The translations under genes and the position numbers were made by a program. Of a stretch of DNA of 64,000 nt, positions 52,285 through 61,090 are shown piece after piece. A model generated the notes under the pieces. The model ran no database searches. It had not been told where the DNA came from and worked only from the letters and a program-made list of their open reading frames with translations. Source of the DNA: an archaeon CG10_big_fil_rev_8_21_14_0_10_43_11 (GTDB taxonomy: Archaea > Nanobdellota > Nanobdellia > PEZQ01); assembly GCA_002763265.1 (NCBI GenBank), contig PEZQ01000003.1, positions 114,112 to 178,111 on the forward strand, given 5' to 3'. Positions within the stretch are counted from its first letter, which is position 1; every line of letters begins with the position of its first letter.

Positions 52285-54000
52285 CTAACGCCACCCATTC
52301 TGTTTAGCACTATTCTTTTGAATCTCACTAAATTTTCCATCAGAGTATATCATGCGAATATGATTGTTATTCTCATCAATGGTTTCAAGAAAAACCGGTT
52401 TTCCCCACACCTGATAAAGCGCTTTAAGCGATTGGTTAGTAAGATAGGGTTGCAACGTCACTTGACGCGGTTCAAGACCCATGTTAAGCACGGTTTTAAC
52501 ATCATGCACCAGATGAAGCCCGCCCTGACCATTGAAGTCGCCGCCGCCCGCAGATACTGCAATGCGCGGCAGACCCATATTGTACTTGCCAAAAAGCAGG
52601 GCGCGTTTCACATCATCAAACTCTCTGCTGGTTATTTGTGCTTCAGGGTTCCACCACCACCAACGGCTCTTGTTCTCCTCATACACCATGAGGTCGCGTG
52701 CTTTTTCAGCAAAGAATTCAGGCGTAAAATACTCCTCAAAGAGACTATAGTCAATGTGAGTTGCAGCAATCTCAAGCACTTTATTCCATCCTTTTTTGAA
52801 ATCAAGCGAATTAAAATCAATGTTTAAATTGCGTCGTGATGCTTTTTCATCAAGTTCGTAGTCAAGACCAAAACGCCCTGAGCCCCACTTCTCAATCACG
52901 TGCATAAGCAGGTCAAGACCAATACGGTACGGGTTTAATCCTTCACGAGGATGAAGCATGCCATTTGTTCGGTGCTTAATCCAGTCAATAGTCTCTCCAA
53001 TTGGAAGATTATTGTTCATAGCATACAATAAGTCAACACTTGCAGAAAATCCTTCGTGCAAGACTTTGAGATTTTCAATGCGATAATCAAAGCGGGTGAT
53101 GCCGTTTTCAAGAAGCAACACTTCCCGCTGCCAGTCCTCAAGCTTAGTGGAGTAGTGGGCCACAAACTCAAGCACGTTATAGGTTCGTTTTGGAGGGTGT
53201 TGCGTTTTTTTGTGCTCAGAGCGGGCTTTAACTACGCGCTCACGCATTTTCTTTGAATTATTCAAGACATCATCTAAAAACGTGAGCGGATTTTCCTTGT
53301 CCATGTTTGCAATCGCTTGCAAATCACGTTTTGGCAGGTCTTCATAAAAATCAGTGAGCGTATTGAGAATGCTTGCAACATCCCGTATTTCATCTACTGC
53401 ATCTTCACCAACCAAGTCTTCAAGCTCCTGGTAGCGTTCCTGCTGGAAATTCATGTACCCAAAAGGCGAGATGGGTCTGAATTTGCGCGCATACGCATTA
53501 TTATGGTCCACATGCATGTGGCCAAACACGTGCGCCATAACAAGCTTGACATCAGTCATGTTGTTCACATTATAAATATACGCGCTGTTTGGCTCAACAT
53601 GGCCTTTTTTCCACACACCCGTTGATGCAACGATTTCATACACAATCCAATTACCCATGCTATGCCCTTTTCGCTGCACTTCAAACTCTTGGCCAAGCGA
53701 CCAGTGGTCAGGTCGTGCTTTCCAACCTCCTTTTGCAACAATTTCTGAGAGGCCTTCTAAATCAACGAGATAAAAATCAGTGTCACCATACAAGAGATTG
53801 AGATTCTTTTGCATCCAGTTAGAAATATTTGACGCTTCTTTTGTTAATTCCTTGTTTTGCAAATATCCTTCAAAAACCCTGATTTTTGGTTTTCGTGCAG
53901 GAAGAAGCGCTTGTTCCGGCGTTGGGTCAGACTCATCAACAGGTCTCTGCTTTTTTGCCGTTGTAAAATCGCGGTCATACTTTATTTTCATAGATATCAT
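52285..54000 (-). CDS. spoVR: SpoVR-family protein
   Basis: The SpoVR-type region is YEIVASTG...AYIYNVNNMTDVKLVMAHVFGHMHVDHNNAY. Length (571 aa) and operon context with PrkA/YeaH also fit. Confidence 0.8.
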   Translation of the reverse strand: MISMKIKYDRDFTTAKKQRPVDESDPTPEQALLPARKPKIRVFEGYLQNKELTKEASNISNWMQKNLNLLYGDTDFYLVDLEGLSEIVAKGGWKARPDHWSLGQEFEVQRKGHSMGNWIVYEIVASTGVWKKGHVEPNSAYIYNVNNMTDVKLVMAHVFGHMHVDHNNAYARKFRPISPFGYMNFQQERYQELEDLVGEDAVDEIRDVASILNTLTDFYEDLPKRDLQAIANMDKENPLTFLDDVLNNSKKMRERVVKARSEHKKTQHPPKRTYNVLEFVAHYSTKLEDWQREVLLLENGITRFDYRIENLKVLHEGFSASVDLLYAMNNNLPIGETIDWIKHRTNGMLHPREGLNPYRIGLDLLMHVIEKWGSGRFGLDYELDEKASRRNLNIDFNSLDFKKGWNKVLEIAATHIDYSLFEEYFTPEFFAEKARDLMVYEENKSRWWWWNPEAQITSREFDDVKRALLFGKYNMGLPRIAVSAGGGDFNGQGGLHLVHDVKTVLNMGLEPRQVTLQPYLTNQSLKALYQVWGKPVFLETIDENNNHIRMIYSDGKFSEIQKNSAKQNGWR

Positions 54001-54010
54001 TCAGCTCCAT

Positions 54011-55345
54011 TTACGCTTTCTTTTTTCCAAAAAAGGTTTTCATTGCAGGCCACACTCCCTCTTCTAAACTCGTTGAGCGATGCATGCGAATAAGCTCACG
54101 ATACGAGACGTTAGCTATGGTGATATCAAGAATGGATTCAAGCTCTTTACTAAACCTGCTTGAATCACTACTAGTAAAGTCCATCTCATAATAGCAAAAA
54201 CGCGTAATATCCTTGAAGATGTCACTTACCAAATACCCAACCGGGTCATCATCACCCCATACTTGCCCGTCAGTCATGTGCACCACGTACACGTCTGTTG
54301 TTTCAGTATTGATAGTTCGCTTGTCAGCAGTCTTTTTAGGATATGTATTGCCATCAAACATAGCGCGCATAATCTCGTATGCAGGAACAAACATGGTACC
54401 ACCATCACTTTTAAGACGATAATAGCCTTCACGTGTTTCTTCCCACGCCTGCGCGTTATGCGCAATAAACACTGAATCAACATGTTCATACGCTTCGCTT
54501 AACCATAATTCAGTAAGTTCAGTAAGCTCGTATGACAGGCGCATTTCTTCATCGCTAATTGAGCCGGAAACGTCACGAATAAAAATCGCAATTGCATTTT
54601 GCTCATGCTTGTAAGAATCTTTAGGAAGCAAGTATCTAAAGTCTTCAAGCTGTAAGTCAAAACGCAGTTTGCGCGCTGCACCATTAAACGCGCCTTTTAC
54701 CAGAGCCATGTCAGGCTTGAGCAAACAAATCTCCTCTTGTCCGCGCCTTATTTTTGAAAGCACGTACTCGTGGGGCAGGTCTTCAATACCGTGGGGAAGC
54801 GTGGAAATGGTTTCTACCAATCCTTCAAGTGTGCTGATTGCAGAAAGCACGTTTGTTTTCTCAAGCGCGTTTTCAAAGATTTGGCGTGAAAATGATTCTT
54901 CAACCGTGTGTTCAAGAGAAAAGAGCGAGTCCTCACCGTTTTTGACAATTGCAGGAAAATTAAGTGATTTGAGCGTTTTTTCTTTTCCTGGCTTAACAAA
55001 GTCAAGCTCAAGTTCGTCACGCATGTATTCGATAAGCTCTTGTTTTTGCGTGTCTTCATAAATTGAATCTACTGGCTCATTTCCTGCTTCGCCATCCCGA
55101 CCGGGTTGTCTTGGATGAAGCGGGTCGCCAGGTTTTCCTGGTCCTGTACCAACACCAGGCGTGCTGCCAATCCCTTCTCTTCTTGGACCATAGCGGATGC
55201 CAGGAAGACTTACTACCGGGATGCGAACCGGCTGGACTTGTCCTTTTCGCACGCGAGGAATTTGCTGGTATTGTTTTTTGCCCCACGCACCTTTTTTTGC
55301 GTTTTTTACGCGATTTTTATACTTTTTACGGCTCTTATAACTCAT
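54011..55345 (-). CDS. yeaH: YeaH/YhbH-family protein (DUF444, vWA-like)
   Basis: The basic N-terminus is followed by a Pro/Gly-rich linker. MIDAS-like FIRDVSGSISDEEM is present. The start overlaps the PrkA stop by 1 nt. Confidence 0.8.
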   Translation of the reverse strand: MSYKSRKKYKNRVKNAKKGAWGKKQYQQIPRVRKGQVQPVRIPVVSLPGIRYGPRREGIGSTPGVGTGPGKPGDPLHPRQPGRDGEAGNEPVDSIYEDTQKQELIEYMRDELELDFVKPGKEKTLKSLNFPAIVKNGEDSLFSLEHTVEESFSRQIFENALEKTNVLSAISTLEGLVETISTLPHGIEDLPHEYVLSKIRRGQEEICLLKPDMALVKGAFNGAARKLRFDLQLEDFRYLLPKDSYKHEQNAIAIFIRDVSGSISDEEMRLSYELTELTELWLSEAYEHVDSVFIAHNAQAWEETREGYYRLKSDGGTMFVPAYEIMRAMFDGNTYPKKTADKRTINTETTDVYVVHMTDGQVWGDDDPVGYLVSDIFKDITRFCYYEMDFTSSDSSRFSKELESILDITIANVSYRELIRMHRSTSLEEGVWPAMKTFFGKKKA

Positions 55346-57393
55346 CAGCGTATCACCTCTCGCGCGTAGTATCTAAGGGTTGAAATGCCACACTCATCAC
55401 AATACCCTTTATGTTCGAGTTTGTCAAGCAGTTTTTGCAGGCGTTCTTTGTCTTGAGAATTCAAACCCCCCTCACCGGCAAATTGTTCCCAATCAATATA
55501 GTCATCAAGGGTTTCTCCACCCTCAATAAGCCACGGATTTTCTTCAACAATTTGTGAAAACAGCGGCTTGCTTTCTTTGTCATAATACCAGTCGTCAACT
55601 TCTTTTTTGAGTGATTCCCCATCAATAACATTAAGCCGCGCTACGAGCTCACTGATATGCTCATCAATAGGCACTCTTCCACGACCAGCAACATCAACTT
55701 CGCTTATTCGTTCAAGTGCCTTTTTCTTAATAAGGTCAAGATACGTTGAGAAAAACGTTTCTAAACGCTCAAGACCGCCTTCACTATCAAACACCACTGA
55801 ACGATAGGCAAGACTCACATCTGATTCAACAACGTCACCAATTTCTCGCATGACAAACTCAGTTGCGTGCGGGTAAAACTCGCCAATGTAGTCATCATCA
55901 GTATCTGCCTTGGCTTTTACAAAATCAAGAAGTGAGTCAAGAGTGAAGCATTCATGTTTTGAGCGCGCCTTTAATTCAAACAAATCAGCAACAACGCGGC
56001 GGGCAGAAAAACCCTCTGTCCAGCCATCACTAGGCGGCACATTTTTTCCAACACGCAAACGGTTGTGCACAAATTCAAATTCTTTTTTGCTCAGTTGCTT
56101 GTACGTTTCAAAGCGGTCGTACACATCAATAATTTCAAACAGGGATGGGTCATCATCATCAAAGAGCTCGGCAATAGAGTCACCGTCATGTTTGACCCGG
56201 GTTGCCACACTAAACATTGAAACCAATTTCATAATGCCTGGTGAAAAGTGCTTGAAGGGTATGTTTGCGCGTTCATAGATTTTTTGTTCTTCAGAATAGG
56301 AAAGGTTTCTTCGAACGTACACGGGAAGAATGCGGTCTTCAAAAGGAGCGCGATTTTCTATTTCTTTTGCAACATTCTCATTTCCATACAAGAATGCAGT
56401 AAGGTCAGGCTGTGAACTCTTGCCCGTCTCATCAGTAACGCGTTTATCTGCAAGATTAAGCAATAATTGGTAGCTGATATCAGGGACATGGTCAAGGTCT
56501 CTGTCATCAATAGCAATGTTGAGAATGCCTCTGCTCGCACTTTCAATTGCACGCGGAAATTTTTTGTAAAAATTCTTATCCGTAAGCTCAATTGAAGCAA
56601 CATTTGGCTTGAGCCGGATAACTTTCACAAATTCGCCAATCATGTCAAGAATTTTTGACGCGCCACCTTCCAGTTCTTGTGATGCCTGCGTGTCCTCATC
56701 CCTATAACGGGTAAACCCGTCATCTGAGAATTTTTCAGCAAACTCGCGAAAACCAGATGCTTCATCAATAAGGCGCTTGCTGTATTCTACGGTGCATGAA
56801 GAACAAAGCTCGCCTGCATGATTGTGGGATGTTGTGATAAACGAAGGCAATAACGACCGTTTTGAGGTCAGTAAGTGAAGCGGTTCTTCAGAGAGCGGAC
56901 AGTTATACGCTCCGTTTGCCGTTTCGCCATGTTTTTTAAAGCCAAATGTGTAGCGCGGGTTTCGTTCTAATTCCTCAACAAGCCCTTCTTCAAGACGCTG
57001 ACCAATATGGGTTTTACCACTGCCAGTTGGACCCACAAGAAGAATAAGCGGCACTTTTCCCTGCTTATAGAGCAATGATGCCTGATACAACCGGTCAGTA
57101 AGTGTGTTTAACACGTCAGATAAGCCGGTTACGGGATGGTCTCCTGTTCTAAAAAAAAGGTATTCCTGCATGCCATTAGGGTGGCTTATTTTGCCATCAG
57201 AAAGGATACGATACAAACGCTCAGGGCTTGATTCAGTAATATCACCAAAACCCATCCCCACCTTTTTTCCTTTTACCACGGTTGACATATACTCTTTTAA
57301 CGTGAGTGGCGCATATGAATTGATAAATGCCTGAAAGCGCTCCTTATCCAGTAGCGATTCAAATGCTTCACTTATCCGTCCATTACCATCCAT
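55345..57393 (-). CDS. prkA: PrkA-family AAA+ serine protein kinase
   Basis: Walker A is LILLVGPTGSGKTH and the PrkA-typical segment is YNCPLSEEPLHLL. The protein is about 680 aa. The start is placed at MDGNGRISEAF (ATG 57393). Confidence 0.85.
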   Translation of the reverse strand: MDGNGRISEAFESLLDKERFQAFINSYAPLTLKEYMSTVVKGKKVGMGFGDITESSPERLYRILSDGKISHPNGMQEYLFFRTGDHPVTGLSDVLNTLTDRLYQASLLYKQGKVPLILLVGPTGSGKTHIGQRLEEGLVEELERNPRYTFGFKKHGETANGAYNCPLSEEPLHLLTSKRSLLPSFITTSHNHAGELCSSCTVEYSKRLIDEASGFREFAEKFSDDGFTRYRDEDTQASQELEGGASKILDMIGEFVKVIRLKPNVASIELTDKNFYKKFPRAIESASRGILNIAIDDRDLDHVPDISYQLLLNLADKRVTDETGKSSQPDLTAFLYGNENVAKEIENRAPFEDRILPVYVRRNLSYSEEQKIYERANIPFKHFSPGIMKLVSMFSVATRVKHDGDSIAELFDDDDPSLFEIIDVYDRFETYKQLSKKEFEFVHNRLRVGKNVPPSDGWTEGFSARRVVADLFELKARSKHECFTLDSLLDFVKAKADTDDDYIGEFYPHATEFVMREIGDVVESDVSLAYRSVVFDSEGGLERLETFFSTYLDLIKKKALERISEVDVAGRGRVPIDEHISELVARLNVIDGESLKKEVDDWYYDKESKPLFSQIVEENPWLIEGGETLDDYIDWEQFAGEGGLNSQDKERLQKLLDKLEHKGYCDECGISTLRYYAREVIR

Positions 57394-57482
57394 ATTAGCC
57401 GCCTCACACTCTTCTTGCAAACACGGGGTTGTGCGCTTTTCAAAGAAGAGCTCAAAAACCCAAAAGAGGGTGTTATGCCCAC

Positions 57483-59672
57483 TTAGTGGACGTGGTTAAC
57501 GCCTCTGCGTGCTTCTGATGCGTAACCAATAGCAACGCTTACGCAAGCTTTACAATACCCGCTTGATTTCATAGTTGTAATCAACTCATTGTTTGATTCG
57601 CTAAAGAGCACGGTAATATCACTTACTTTAGCAGGAAGAATATACGACTGCGCGTACTCTTCCATTGCCCTGCGAAATGACGAATCTTCTTCAAGAAGCG
57701 TTTTGGCAAGAACCGCATAAATGTTTCCGTTTTTTTGGAAACTCTTATTTTTCATATCTTTTTGGCGGTATCGAAGGTTGTCTGCAACAAACTGTCTAAA
57801 CTGTTTTGGATTTGAAACGCCTGATGCTTTTTCAATACGCGAGAGAAACTCAGAGTCAATGTGCTGTTCTAGACCGCGCGCATCAAGGTATTTGTTTCTG
57901 CCATTAACTTCAGCATAGGATTGCGTAATATATTTTACGCTCAGGTCGGTGAGTGTTGCATCACCAATAATTGCTCTGCGAACATCGCGCACAACTGATT
58001 TCTTGTACTCATTCATTGCTTCGCCAAGCGCTTCTTCAGTAATGCGCAGGCGAGTTGCGTCATTAATGCCATCATACCGTGCAACAAGGTCTTCAAGTGT
58101 TTTCTCAATAGGCAAGAGCGAAATACACCCATCCTCATGGTCTTTGTCAAAGAAGTTATCGCGTGTTGATGCAGGAAGTGCGCGAACTTTTGATTCAAAC
58201 ACATCCTTAAGGTCTTGGAAGAACGAGAACGGAACGCCATAATAGATTCCCTCTGTTTTCTTGCCAAAGGGTTTATTGTGCGCTTCTCGCAACAATTCCT
58301 CATGAAGTGCCTGCAATTCTTTTTCAATGCCGTGAGGCATTTCTCCATTGTACACTTTTGCTTTTTGGAGCAATGACACTTTCAAATCAGATGCAGGTTC
58401 ATCAAGGGCGGAGAGCACGCCAAGCGGTGAGAGGAATTTTTCTACAAACCGTGGTGGAATGTGCACGCCATTTGAGGTACCATACACGCGATTTTTTACC
58501 GCGCGCGTAAGGTCGTCTATCACGAGAATAGAACTCATCTCAAAGGGTCTGATACGGCGTTGCAAGTATTCAGCAAGTGATTTATCATTTCGTGCTTTCT
58601 CATACTCGCCAAGGTTAGTGGTACCAACCATAACAGTATCAAGCTGCACGGGAAAGTTGTTTGGCATCACAATACGATCCTGGATGACATCAAGAAGCGA
58701 GTCTAAGAATTTTGTTTCCTCAGGATTCTTGTACATTTCTGAGAAGGTAGTCAAATGTCGTTGTGATGACCAGCTGTTTATCATGCCGCCCATACGACCA
58801 AAATGAAAGGTAAGGGGGTGGCCAAAACCGCCAAAAAGCGCTGCGCGGGATAAGTCAGAGTTTCCTCCAAACAATTCTTCTGAGTTAAAGGATTTCATGT
58901 TTTTTGGTCGAACCTCGTAGGGGCGCACGTCATGGAAGGGACTTAATTTCACCACGCTCATCAGGTCTGACATGTTGCTAACCCCGTTATCACGAAGGGT
59001 TTTTGTCACAAACGAACAGCTTGGACAGCGATGCGCTGCTGAACCCGACTGGATGTGCTGCCATTTTGGTAAACTCTCATTCACATCAGCAAGCAGGTCA
59101 TGCAATTCTGCTGATTGCATGAAATTAAGCGGGGTTTCATGCGCAGGGCATCGAACACTGGTGAGTCCGCCAAAGTGTTTTTTGTAATCAGAAACGTCAA
59201 ACTGAACGGTGTACATTTCACCTTGAGGTTTCGTGCCAAACAAGTCAAGCGTGTCTGACATTATTTTCACAATATTAGTCTTACCCGTTGCAGTTGGACC
59301 ATAAAAGAGCGCAGTTTTTGCCTGAAGAGCAGGGTCAAGAATTGCTGCATTCAAATATTTTATGAAATTATCTGCAGCGCGCTCTTGACCATAAATTGCA
59401 CCATAAGTATAACGTGCGCCTTCATTTATTGGATAATCAAGGAAATTCCATCGGGGAATGTTCCACGGCTTCTGCTCTTCACCGCGTCCAAACATGCGCA
59501 GCGCAGCGTACAAGCGTTGGTATGCGCGAAAACCAAGCGAGGGTGTTTGTGTAAGTCGTGTGCTAAAATCGGAAAGTGACATTTCACTTCCTTCAAACGT
59601 GTCTGGATTAAGTTCATAGGTTTTATTTGAGTCTAACATAACGACTTCCGAGTTTTTCATAAGTATCCCCAT
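57483..59672 (-). CDS. second, divergent PrkA-like AAA+ protein
   Basis: Walker A is ALFYGPTATGKTN and the parallel segment is VRCPAHETPLNFM...HRCPSCSF. The start is ATG at 59672 or 59660. TATA-like boxes lie at 59688-59697 and about 59701-59712. Confidence 0.75.
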   Translation of the reverse strand: MGILMKNSEVVMLDSNKTYELNPDTFEGSEMSLSDFSTRLTQTPSLGFRAYQRLYAALRMFGRGEEQKPWNIPRWNFLDYPINEGARYTYGAIYGQERAADNFIKYLNAAILDPALQAKTALFYGPTATGKTNIVKIMSDTLDLFGTKPQGEMYTVQFDVSDYKKHFGGLTSVRCPAHETPLNFMQSAELHDLLADVNESLPKWQHIQSGSAAHRCPSCSFVTKTLRDNGVSNMSDLMSVVKLSPFHDVRPYEVRPKNMKSFNSEELFGGNSDLSRAALFGGFGHPLTFHFGRMGGMINSWSSQRHLTTFSEMYKNPEETKFLDSLLDVIQDRIVMPNNFPVQLDTVMVGTTNLGEYEKARNDKSLAEYLQRRIRPFEMSSILVIDDLTRAVKNRVYGTSNGVHIPPRFVEKFLSPLGVLSALDEPASDLKVSLLQKAKVYNGEMPHGIEKELQALHEELLREAHNKPFGKKTEGIYYGVPFSFFQDLKDVFESKVRALPASTRDNFFDKDHEDGCISLLPIEKTLEDLVARYDGINDATRLRITEEALGEAMNEYKKSVVRDVRRAIIGDATLTDLSVKYITQSYAEVNGRNKYLDARGLEQHIDSEFLSRIEKASGVSNPKQFRQFVADNLRYRQKDMKNKSFQKNGNIYAVLAKTLLEEDSSFRRAMEEYAQSYILPAKVSDITVLFSESNNELITTMKSSGYCKACVSVAIGYASEARRGVNHVH

Positions 59673-59741
59673 ATGGTTTAAGCATTCTTTTAAAAAACCA
59701 AATATAAATATTTCCAACCCGTAAAGACAGTTATGAAGAAC

Positions 59742-60464
59742 TTAATTGCGAATTCTTTTTACCGGAGCCCCGGTCCACACTCCTTTTGTGACATGTTTGT
59801 TCATAGGAACAAGTGAATTTGCACCAATAACCACATCGTCATCAATCACTGCACCAGGAAGAATAAGTGTGCCATACCCAATCAGGCAATTGCTGCCAAT
59901 TTTAACCGGCGCAACGGTTACTTTTCCCTCCTGCTGCAAGTGGGCTGAGACAACCACGTTTGAGGTAAGCGTGTTATTGCCTATCTCAAAGAGCGACGGG
60001 TCAAGAAATTTTCCGCTAATCGTGGTTTTTTTGCCCACTTTTGCGCCAAGCAGTTTAAGCAGCCATTTATTGACCTGGGGAATGTTGAGAATGTAAGGAA
60101 GGCGCAGTGATGATTCCAAAAAGGAGTTATATAATAACCAGGACATGCCCCGCCTGCTTCGGATACTAAACGTGCCTGGACGAATACTAAACCCAAACAC
60201 GCGCAGCACACGCTGGCCAATTGCTATCATAAGGGGAATAGTAAAGAAAAATATGTTTATTGACAGAGCAAAACCAAGCGCGCGAAACAAGAGATGGGTA
60301 AGCGAGAGTGCAGGAAAAGTAGTCCACATAAGTTGATTGATAGCAAGAACCGGCATGACTGCAACTACAAACACCGACAAAACAAGCACACTAATAAATA
60401 AGTAAAAAAAGAAATTTACTTCAAACGTTTCTTTACTATGCATTATACAGATGAGAGCGGGCAC
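59742..60464 (-). CDS. membrane-anchored hexapeptide-repeat (left-handed beta-helix) acyltransferase
   Basis: N-terminal TM helices are followed by the hexapeptide region IGSNCLIGYGTLILPGAVIDDDVVIGANSLV. Confidence 0.7.
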   Translation of the reverse strand: MPALICIMHSKETFEVNFFFYLFISVLVLSVFVVAVMPVLAINQLMWTTFPALSLTHLLFRALGFALSINIFFFTIPLMIAIGQRVLRVFGFSIRPGTFSIRSRRGMSWLLYNSFLESSLRLPYILNIPQVNKWLLKLLGAKVGKKTTISGKFLDPSLFEIGNNTLTSNVVVSAHLQQEGKVTVAPVKIGSNCLIGYGTLILPGAVIDDDVVIGANSLVPMNKHVTKGVWTGAPVKRIRN

Positions 60465-60489
60465 GCATTAATATGGATTACGCCCTGTG

Positions 60490-60508
60490 TGTGAAAGTCA
60501 CTTTCACA
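60490..60508. promoter_or_regulatory. perfect 19-bp palindrome TGTGAAAGT-C-ACTTTCACA in the divergent intergenic region
   Basis: The 9-bp arms are exact reverse complements. It lies about 10 nt upstream of the TATA-like AATATTTATAAG (60518-60529). Confidence 0.3.
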
Positions 60509-60548
60509 TGACTACAGAATATTTATAAGAAACAATGCGCTATGATGT

Positions 60549-60564
60549 AGCAAATATGTTGTGG
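60549..60564 (+). promoter_or_regulatory. candidate NrdR box 1 (AGCAAATATGTTGTGG)
   Basis: It matches 11 of 16 positions of the remembered NrdR-box consensus acaCwAtATaTwGtgt. Its centre is 32 bp from box 2. Confidence 0.35.
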
Positions 60565-60580
60565 TCTCCCAAATGGTAGA

Positions 60581-60596
60581 ACACAACGTGTTGTAG
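60581..60596 (+). promoter_or_regulatory. candidate NrdR box 2 (ACACAACGTGTTGTAG)
   Basis: It matches 11 of 16 consensus positions and contains the inverted repeat ACAAC-GT-GTTGT. It lies 21 nt upstream of the nrdR ATG. Confidence 0.4.
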
Positions 60597-60616
60597 TTTA
60601 TGGGGGGAATACACCA

Positions 60617-61090
60617 ATGCGTTGTCCATACTGCACATCAGATGATTTGAAAGTTACTGATATCCGTGAGAGTGCAAATCACGTGAATCGCCGGCGAAGA
60701 GAATGTTTGCAGTGCGGAAAGCGTTTTACCACCTACGAACGCGTTGAAGACATAAAACTTCGGGTTGTCAAAAAAGATGGCTCTCGCGAACGATTTCATA
60801 GACAAAAAATTGTGGACGGCATTCTCAAATCATGCGAGAAACGACCCGTGTCTCATGAACAGGTTGAGCACGCAGTTGACGAGCTTGAAAGCGAACTGCG
60901 TCAGCGTGGCAATAATGAAATAACCAGTAGCGAGATTGGAGAACTGGTCGTAGAAAAGCTTCGCACCATTGACCGCATTGCCTATATCCGGTTTGCTTCG
61001 GTGTATCGTTCCTTTACTGACATCACTCAATTCGAAAACGAACTTAAAAAGCTTAAAGAGATGAACACAAATGGTTACACAGGTACGTAA
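60617..61090 (+). CDS. nrdR: transcriptional repressor NrdR (zinc ribbon plus ATP-cone)
   Basis: The N-terminus is MRCPYCTSDDLKVTDIRES...RRRRECLQCGKRFTTYERVE, followed by an ATP-cone (VVKKDGSRERFHRQKI...). Confidence 0.92.
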   Translation: MRCPYCTSDDLKVTDIRESANHVNRRRRECLQCGKRFTTYERVEDIKLRVVKKDGSRERFHRQKIVDGILKSCEKRPVSHEQVEHAVDELESELRQRGNNEITSSEIGELVVEKLRTIDRIAYIRFASVYRSFTDITQFENELKKLKEMNTNGYTGT

